From positions 6,076,001 to 6,140,000 of the forward strand of contig JBHGNT010000001.1 in assembly GCA_043228905.1 (NCBI GenBank): a stretch of DNA of 64,000 nt, read 5' to 3'. The notes under the pieces are model-generated. The model had not been told where the DNA came from, did no database searches, and saw only the letters and a program-made list of their open reading frames with translations. Shown in pieces: positions 55,097 through 64,000 of this stretch. The translations under genes were made by a program, and so were the position numbers. Numbering within the stretch: the stretch's first letter is position 1; every line of letters begins with the position of its first letter. Origin of the DNA: Azolla caroliniana (taxonomy: Eukaryota; Plantae; Polypodiophyta).

Positions 55097-58000
55097 TCAA
55101 TCTTGACTCGATGAATTTTTCTTCCCTTTTTTTTGCCGGTGTGTTAGTTGAGTAAGACCTGGTGCGGTTACCTTGCAATTGCCTATAATGGCTGCCACCA
55201 ACTCTGGATCAGTCATTGCTTTCATGAGCTCCTTCTCTCTTGTGCTTGCTTCCGACATGTGGGAAAACACATTCATCGCAGTCTTTGCAGCTATATGCAT
55301 AACCAAATACAAAACTTCAGAGTCAAAAGCATATAAAAAATATGTGAATAGTACTAAATATGAACAATGCTAGAATAGCATAGACACATAACATTATAAA
55401 ACCCAAATCCATGTTTCTGTTCATTTTGCAAAGTGCCATATTTTCCACAAATACCCTCGAGTAAAATAAGGAAAAGCTGAAAAAGTAAGTCATAAGAGAA
55501 ATGAAGAGAAAAAAATGAATATTCCATGGGTTTTCCCTTCTGTTTAAGCACTGAGGTTCTTCCAGGTATATATGTTCATGATAAATTTACCTTTTCCTCG
55601 TTTTGCATTCCCTGGGGTTAATTTCACCCGATATTTGAAAGATTGCAAGGCATTGTAAGGTCCACATATAGGGATGGCATAAAGCAAAATATCCTCTGTG
55701 AATGGTTTCCCTGTCAGCATGTCTAGTTCTGAGAGCTTTTCTTTTTCATCATCTGCCAATTCATGTTCACCATCTTCCAAAATTATCTCATGCTTTTCTG
55801 AATGGTCAGTCAAAGAGAGAGGGCAGTCTTTTGCAACATGTCCAGTCTTTTTACATTTGTAACATATTTTTGACTGATCCAGTACCTCTGCACATAAAAC
55901 AGTTCAGATATAAAAAAAATGAATCAAAACAAGTTCTTGATAAATAATCATAGAAATATAAATGTTTCAAAATATTTGGATTTGTTTTAGTCCAAGAAAC
56001 TATGCCTGTTTATGTATGGCCATGCAATCTTGGGTACTCCAAATAGCATACAAATTGAAGCTATACGGGAAACAGTTACCCCAGATTGGGCAAAGACAAT
56101 TGTTAGACGAAAAATTGATACCACAGATTGAAGCAAGTTCATTCTCAGAAATGTCTTTGCAGAGATAGTATTGCATAAGAAAAACCTACCATTTGCATAA
56201 AGACCAAATAAATCCAGCTATTAAAACTGGAGTAAGAACAAAAATAATCTCCACCTAATGGTGTCGCTATTTAAAGAATCCTACATCAAATGTGGTGAAT
56301 GGGTCCTTAATTGAGCCATGTTAAATACCATTTAACTACTAGATGAATCAAGTACAGTTTGCATTGAGATTGTCCAACTTTGTTGGTCCTCCCACAAATC
56401 ACATACCCCAATATCATTTGAGAGTCTGCTACTTTTCACGCGCCTCTGTCTCTTATAGTCATGACTAGCCATGCTCTCTCTCTTTCAAAATAGATGAGAT
56501 GTCTCATGAGATGGCCAGATGTTAGCATTAAGATGGTCACTAGACAAGATACATGAACTAATATGAGTTTTACCAGCTGCATCTCATGGTGTGGAACAGT
56601 TAGTAAGTCAGTTATATGTAGATTTGAAACTGGAAATTATAGATTGTACCCTATTCATCCCACAATACCCTGATATATTAAGGCTCCAGCATAAATCTCC
56701 CAAATGCCCTGAAATAACCCACAATCCATATTTTGATCTCAACTATGCCACGGAGATAAGTTGTTTCCCTATCAAAAATATTTGATCTCAACTATACTAG
56801 GTCCAACACATAGAAGAAAAAATAACTGCTTCCCTAACAATACACATGCATTCAATAAACTACCTAAGACATGGTGTACGCATATTCTGATCTGTCTTTC
56901 TACAGTCTTCATGAAATGCTAGATGAAGCAAAATGACCATGGTCCTCACTACATTACAAGCATCAAACAAAACATCACTATTTTCCTCCAACTGTCAAAG
57001 GCTTGTTTAACATTCAGACTCACCCAAAACCTCTCTTTTTGGTTCATCTTGTTTTTTGGAAGCCTTCTTGCTGGTCATGTCAGGTTCTTGTCGACCAGAT
57101 GACTGCAGATAAAAATTAAAAATCATCATGAATGAAGAATAATTTGTTTGTTAGAAAAAAAAATGTCATGATGTTCATATATACTCACAGCAAGAAGTAA
57201 CATGCGAAGCTCTCGCTCCTCTTCATCTTGTTCAGCATATTTCTCTTTGATCTTCTTTAGTTTACCTTTACGACCTCGAGCAATTTTTCCAACTGCAACA
57301 CTTCCAGGTTTCAAATCATCTCCACCATAACTCATCTCTCCTTTAGTATCACCATTCTGCCTATCTGTATCAATTGCTTCCAAAACTGGTTTATTAATGC
57401 TGTTAACGTCATCAACACCTAGAACCCCTTTCTTTGCCTTCCTCCTTTCTGCTTTTGATAAATATGGGCGTTGCCTCGGCATTCCATTAGCAGATTCAGA
57501 TCCAGCATTCTCATCTTCATCCATGACAGCATAACTTGGTGTCAACTTTGTTGAGGACGCATTTGGATAAGCGTCTAGGCCATACTTCTCATTAGGAATT
57601 TCAGTATAGACACGTGAGGAGAGTTGAAGTGCTTTGTCCATGAGATCTTCAAAAGCAATATTTTTCGCAGGCTCTTCGGCGTTTGCCCTGGTTTCATCTG
57701 CCACATCAAGTTCTTGGTCACTATTGGGCTCTTTGACAGAAACTGAGTCAATCCCTTGTGGAATTTCCACAGTTTCACGAATGCCACAGTTCTCATCCTT
57801 ATCCACTTCAATCTCATCATGAACTTCCCTATATTCCTCAAGCTCCTGACCTACCTTTCTCTCATGTAAATGTGCAGCTACAGAACTTTCTTCAAGTCTG
57901 AAGAGGAGACCAAACCCCATTACTAGGGGATGTGGTGGCAAGAAGTTTTTCTTCCCACGGATCATAAAACTTCCGACTGTCAAATATTCCCCAGTGGGCG

Positions 58001-61000
58001 CAGTTTTACTCACTTGATGAGCATATACCCACCAAGCACTGGTAATGATTTTTGAATCCCATGCCTGACTGCGACATACCTAGCACATGAAATATAAAGC
58101 ATAATTCTCCTTTGTTAATATGTACATGCTTGCAACCAGTGACATGAATTATAAAGTGGACTTACTGTGAAGCAACCAGCCTGATTTAATGTCAGTGGTG
58201 GTACAACAGTGTTTGGATCATGATTTTTAATAATTGTGCTAGAAGCACCATGCAAATCTGCATGTACATATCTGAAAAGATCAACAAAATTTTCAGAGTA
58301 CAGATGAAAACACTTAGAAGTAGAATATTTGCCATCAGATGGTGAAATATAATATGACCAAGCTAGCCAGTGGATATACTAGTTAAAACAGTGAATAGCC
58401 ATTACACTTATTTCCAGATTCATTATGTGGCAGATTTACCAAGCTATTTTTGAAATACTGTGAAGAAGATCATTATTCCTACAAATATCTGCATGCTAAA
58501 CCAATTCTTAAGATCCAGAAAACAATTTATTACAAATGTACATGCACAAAAGAGGTTATAAGCTTCACCATGTTATACTCCATTTTGGCCGACAATCTCA
58601 ATTGATTATCTAACCATCACAGCCCCCCCATGAATCTATCTATATATCTATCTATGAGATGAGATAGTGTGGCCTGCAGTCTGGACTGATCCCAATGCGG
58701 CAGATCGCGCACATTGCTACTTGCCCAACACCTTCCATAAACCTCTTTGAGATGGGTAATTCTTGGGTTGTAGTTCTAAATGTGAAGTTCGTTTATAAAT
58801 GCTCCGACAATCAGCTTGGAACATGAGAATTTCTATCCATCGATTTATCCTGATTCCAAGAAATGCAACTAAATGGTCCCATAACTTTGGTACAAGGGAT
58901 ATCTTCTCACGGATGAGGTCATGTTGACAAGGCACAGGTTTTTTATACCAAAAACGCAGGTCTCTGCAAAGACTTGCTATGTCGGGTTTCACATATTGTG
59001 GAAGATTCTCCACTGCTGCCTCTGGTGACAACAGCTGGGGAGGAATTTGCCCAAAGAGGGCTCGCATCTGATAAACTAGTTTGTGAGATGGCGGCTTACC
59101 AAGTCAACAATCAGTGGCCTTGCTCGCATTTGCATTTTAGGGATTCACCTTGACTGGCTACTCGGGCATGCTCCATAACAGATTTTTCTAGGCAAGTGGT
59201 GACCCCCATTTACAGGGTCGATAAATTAATCTTGTGGATATATAATTGCTAAACTTTGCAAAAAAGTGGCCTCAGGAAATAAATTTAGGGACAGGAATTG
59301 AAGTTCAAGTTTGACTTGAAAAAAGAATAAACTCAGCTTCATACCCAGCATTAACACTGGCAATTAAAACCAAAGGAGAGATGATTGGGTAGAGAATTCT
59401 CATTACATTCTTTTTTGGTCTCAGTAGATTCAAACAATTTCAAAGGTCATCTTTCTAAAGAATGAATACCAAAAGCTGTGAGTAGATAAGTCTTGGGAAG
59501 TGTAGAAAGAAAAGAGAAATGTCAATCAGTATGAATATCATGGAGACAAAGTATTTTAATACCGTGAGTTCAATTACTTGCGGTCTCTTTCTTCAAATAA
59601 TGTTTCACTAGAAGCTCATTTCTGTTGAGAATCATGGCCATTAAGAATCAATTGAATTTGTGTACATACTACGAGTTCAATCACTTACAAGTCTCCTTTC
59701 TTCAAATATCGTTTCACGAGGAGCTCATTCTGTTGAGCATCACGTCCACTAAGAATCAAATAATTTTCACTACTGATAAACCAGTTGAACTTCTCAAACC
59801 AATGAACCTTCCGAATATGTGAGATTGCAGCAACAACCTTTTCCTGCAAGTCATATGCTACGAAAACTGGTTAATAATTAATATTTGAGATGATTAAAAC
59901 CTAATATTTAAAATATTTTTGTCTAGTCAATACCCACAGGCTGCTTTTCAATATAACATCTTACCATCAGTAAAGGGCATTGGCCATCCTCATTCAAGTA
60001 ATTCTGATACGCTCATTAGTATCGAAATGGAGTTTCCAATCAATCAAATCATTCTCAAACGAGCTGCTCTCTATGATCTATTATAGCCTATCACTTGGAA
60101 CGTATCTCAATGGCTTACGCATGAGTGATCCCAATATTAGTATATCCTCACTTGTGGGATGAGATGTCTGAATCAGCAAAAACCTCAACTGATTAAAAGA
60201 AAGGTCTATATGTCGTTGCTGTCCTTCATTATTGGGGTATCCTAAAGGGAACAAAGGGTATTATTGCTGTTGCTAATTTGTATCCTACAAAGATATCCAA
60301 AATGGATCACCCCATGATGGAAATTTTGAGGGTACAGCAACTTCAGTTCCATAAGTCAGTCGCCAAACATGTTGGTGCCCATTTCTAATGATTAGCCGTA
60401 TTCAAGTTGTTTGTTGAGGAAGCTAGAGAAGAAGGATAGTTTTCTTTGTTGCTCGCATTTGAGAAATCTTTGGTAGGTCTCATTGACCATTATTGTCTTG
60501 TAGAGATGTTAATACATTTTTGGTAGAGTTTTAACATCAGTAGCAGCTAAGCTAATTGTCTCTTGCTGATTTCAATCAATCTTTCTGGGGCTTCTACTAT
60601 CAATTGCATCCGTGATTGTGTCATCAGCTGCATAATGACAGTGTTCATTTCTCCAATGGCCACATTATTTTCAAGGCTTAATGTTGTCTGCTTACATCTA
60701 TAACTATTAAAAACATGGTTTACAACCAGGATAAAAAGAAACAAATGTACTACGTTTAAGCAAGAACCAGGATGCATAGCAACCGTCTGATTAATTAATC
60801 TAATGTTTTTCAATTTAGAAAATCACCTGTGCTAGTTGTTGCTGTGTTTTTCTCTCTGCTGCTTTGAAGGCCTTTTCATGTGCAGCAACAGTCTTCTCTT
60901 GCTTTGCAGTCTGTTTCTTTTTTAAGTCAAACCATCGTCGAGCATTTGCATGAGCTGAAAGAGATAATTGTACTTCCACCTGAAGGTTACTTCACTTATC

Positions 61001-64000
61001 AAGAACTTTCCACAGATAGATCTCATGTATCAGTGGAATTACATGAATTTGTCACAGTTAGAAACTTTAATGCACATGATACGGTATTACATAAGTAGTA
61101 TATAAACAGAAAAAACTCTGAAATATCAGGCTTTTTAGGTTATTTCCAAAAAGCCCACCCATTTCCTGTTATTTGCATCACCCCCTTCTCAAGCAATTGT
61201 ATGTGCTATGTGAGCAAATGAATGATCAATTCATCCCCTTTTTCTCAATTATCTGCGCCATTTCTGTAATTATATGTCAATGCATCTGCTCTCTCTCTCT
61301 CTCTCTCTCAGTAATTGACTGATTCATGGGGAAAACTAAAGACAAAATCATGGATATTTTTGGGGGTTTACCTAAACAGTAATCACATGAACTACCTTTG
61401 TTGCAGGTTGGGTCTTTTCATCTTCCTCCATGTCATCCAGATTGTTGCACAGGAGGAGAGTAATCTGATCCTTTTCCAGTTGTAGACCATGGATGATGCT
61501 AGCAATTGGATTTCCAGCCTTTCTCTCATCCTTTACCATTCGAGATAAATCATTCCAGCTCATACCTGTAGCAAGAGCCGAACGGACAGCCAGGATGGCA
61601 GCATCAACATCCTCTAAATTGTATTCAATAAGTTCCGCCAATGAGACAGCATGATCCACCTCTTTCTTCAAAGCTTCGACCCGGTTTGCCTATCAGGTTT
61701 ATGAAATAGAAAAATGTTGCATGAAGCTATGAGGTGGTACACTATTAGAGAATAAAGTAAATCATATTAGCGCCTTGAACAAGGCCGATGAGACTCAACA
61801 TCAAGACTGGTAACTGTAACTAAAGGCGCTATAACATCCGAGACTAACAAAATAATCCAAAAATGAAATTGAATTTAGTGGAACCAAACAAACAAACAGA
61901 AGCAATGAGGTGGTACACTACATACAGCCAGAATGCAGGAATGTTCTTATGCAGACAACACACAAAAAGATACTGCACCCTTCTATGTAATATTGTCAGT
62001 GGTTCCATGAATTTATATCTTAATGCTGCAACATTTTACAGAAGAAGAAAATAGATGGGAAACATCATTTTGAACCAATGAAAGCGTAGAAGAAAACAAA
62101 GATTTTCATAAAACAAATCTGTGCTGCACATTATTCGACCAATCTCTCAGCAAACTGTTCCATTGGTTCTAAGTACATTATTTGACCATGTATGCACAAC
62201 CAGCTGACAGGAGTAATTGAAGGTCACCTGATCTTTACGGATCTTTTCAAGCTTCTGGAAAGCTGAATCTTCTTGAGCTTTCTTTTGTTGCTCAATACGT
62301 TGACTTTCTACCTTACTAAAAAATTCATCCATTGCAGCATCAAAAGTTTTGAAAGTAATGAAATTTCTATTCGTGTGTTGATTGAGAATCAATGGTGAGA
62401 ACTCCTCATAGAACTGCAAAGTAATTTTAAAAAGAAAGAAAAAGAGATCTGTTACTGATGCATAAATGATGGATAGCCATGTGCTAATGTCAACAAAGAC
62501 TTTGCAAGTTAGTGTACCTTTGATGATGACTCTTCGTTAAAAGATGAAACCTTTTCTCCACTGTTCTGAAGTAATATATACCCTTCAGGAAGCCGCTCAC
62601 CAAAAATTATATCTTCTAACCAATCCTCAAACTTTGAAATAGCTGAATAAATCTGCTCAATCATATCTTGTTTGATATTTGGAATAAGATCTCCATTCTC
62701 ATTCTTCATAAACATTTTCATATTCTTTGGAAATCCTGTGTCTAAAACTATATGCTCAGAGAGAGCAGGGCCATACCCTAAATTCTCTGCAAGAACATCC
62801 TTCAACGTTTCTTTGTCTTTCTGGGCAGAAGCATTCTTCCAAGACTTTTTCCCCTTCACTCTCACTCCATCTGCTAAGTTGATATCTGAGTTGGTATGAT
62901 TTTCATCACTTTCCTTGACATTAGATTCAGATATGTTTGAGAACAGAATCTGTTCAAGTTTCTTGACAGACGTTCTCTCCCACTGCCGACATGAATCAAC
63001 AGGATACTGATGGTGAGTCATCATGGACAACCCCTTGTCCTCATCCCTAGAGTCCCACAACGTAATTTTGGTAAATAAACATACAGGAAAAGATGCAATA
63101 TATTATTGTCTCTAGCAGTGCCATCTGAGCAATTATAGTCAACTCAACCCTTTTTCTCCCTTTACGGTGTTGATCAAAGAAAAATAGGGAAATAAGAAAA
63201 ATTCAAATATTTCAATGATTTTCACTAGGAGTTATGAAAATTTGTTCCATTAAATACAACTTTATGAAGAAGAATATGGTAAACTTGGAACAAAAGTCAA
63301 CTTATATAGGTCATCACAGAACTTGAATGCATGCCATAAATAAAAGCTCTTCGTAACAACCTGTGTGTACGTAACAATGTCAAAACCGTATAATTATTGT
63401 CCGTAAGCAAAAGGTTTCCTTGTGCATAAAGTTCAAGGATGATATGGAAAGCTCGCTCACCCATGCCAAATTGGAAGTCAACAACCTGGATATATAAGAA
63501 AATCCAAAATAAAACTGAATTATATGAACCCAACATATGTAGTAATATCATTCCTACCACTATGACAAACAATCAGTCACCCACCTCTCTATGAACATGA
63601 AAAATCTAAGTCTGCATTCACATGGAAATGAAAATTTTGGCAATCAATAAAGACACCAAACAAATTCAAAAAATTGTCATTTGATTTGAAACTCTTCAAA
63701 TCTATCCATAATTTAAATACGGGATAGATTATATAACGATTGTCATAGGTTCAGATATTTGGCCATTAATCTTATCAAGAGTAGAGTTTTTATTGTTACT
63801 CTAACTTATCAAAGAAAGCGTTAAACACTGTGAAGTAAACTCTAAGGGATTTGAGGGAAGATTTAATTTGGTCACTGTTTGATTAAATTTCTCTGTCTGC
63901 CAAAACTTCATGTCCTGTAATACAAAATAAATGCACAATTCAAGGTTTACCGTAATATAGATGTGAAAGATAACATACCCGATCCATTCCCAACTGCCTA
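55097..64000 (-). CDS. NEMF: NEMF/Rqc2 ribosome quality control subunit with CCHC zinc knuckle; 5' part outside window
   Basis: Exons: 63979-64000 (partial), 63361-63485, 62518-63046, 62228-62413, 61396-61689, 60827-60979, 59689-59843, 58166-58271, 57189-58079, 57024-57102, 55591-55887, 55097-55290. Motifs: [94 protein letters not shown]. Confidence 0.96.
58717..59100 (-). mobile_element. Possible LINE ORF2 C-terminal fragment in NEMF intron
   Basis: Intronic 116-aa ORF with [21 protein letters not shown], loosely like LINE C-termini. No diagnostic motif. Confidence 0.25.
59562..59767. repeat. ~107-bp tandem duplication of the 3' half of a NEMF exon plus its donor
   Basis: 59562-59658 aligns with 59671-59767 (gagttcaat.actt, tttcttcaaata, gtttcac, agctcatt, ctgttgag, taagaatcaa). 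Confidence 0.85.
59973..60270 (+). mobile_element. Degenerate Ty1/copia integrase/SH3-like remnant, antisense in NEMF intron
   Basis: Plus-strand fragments [24 protein letters not shown] and [23 protein letters not shown] match copia GI.H..NGVAE, LW.EA..TA.YLINR and RS..C.FLGY....KGY, in order. Confidence 0.65.

Overview
AT-rich, intron-rich nuclear DNA from a land plant. A flavodiiron gene argues against an angiosperm; a fern or other seed-free plant is likely, but this is inference. I spliced seven protein-coding genes by hand, with reading phase consistent at every junction. Six are on the minus strand: casein kinase 2 alpha (10 exons), an ABCG24/28-type half-transporter with a Cys-rich N-terminus (14 exons), an organellar RsmE-type 16S rRNA methyltransferase (8 exons), PIG-W/GWT1 inositol acyltransferase (16 exons), chloroplast flavodiiron protein A (about 17 exons, two GC-AG introns) and NEMF/Rqc2 (5' end outside the window). 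One is on the plus strand: an intronless PHOSPHO1/PECP/PPsPase-type HAD phosphatase. The non-coding space holds decayed Ty1/copia and LINE remnants, tRNA-derived SINE-like copies, a twice-present ~260 bp repeat near gene 5' ends, a perfect 38-bp-arm hairpin, a degenerate 22-bp minisatellite filling one intron, and many short local duplications, two of which copy exon parts with a splice site. I cannot demonstrate a wholly new biological system. The best leads are the FLVA locus (GC-AG introns, ~50-aa insertion, ambiguous and possibly dual-frame 5' end, shared promoter with a likely retrogene), the intronic hairpin and the duplicated pseudo-exons.
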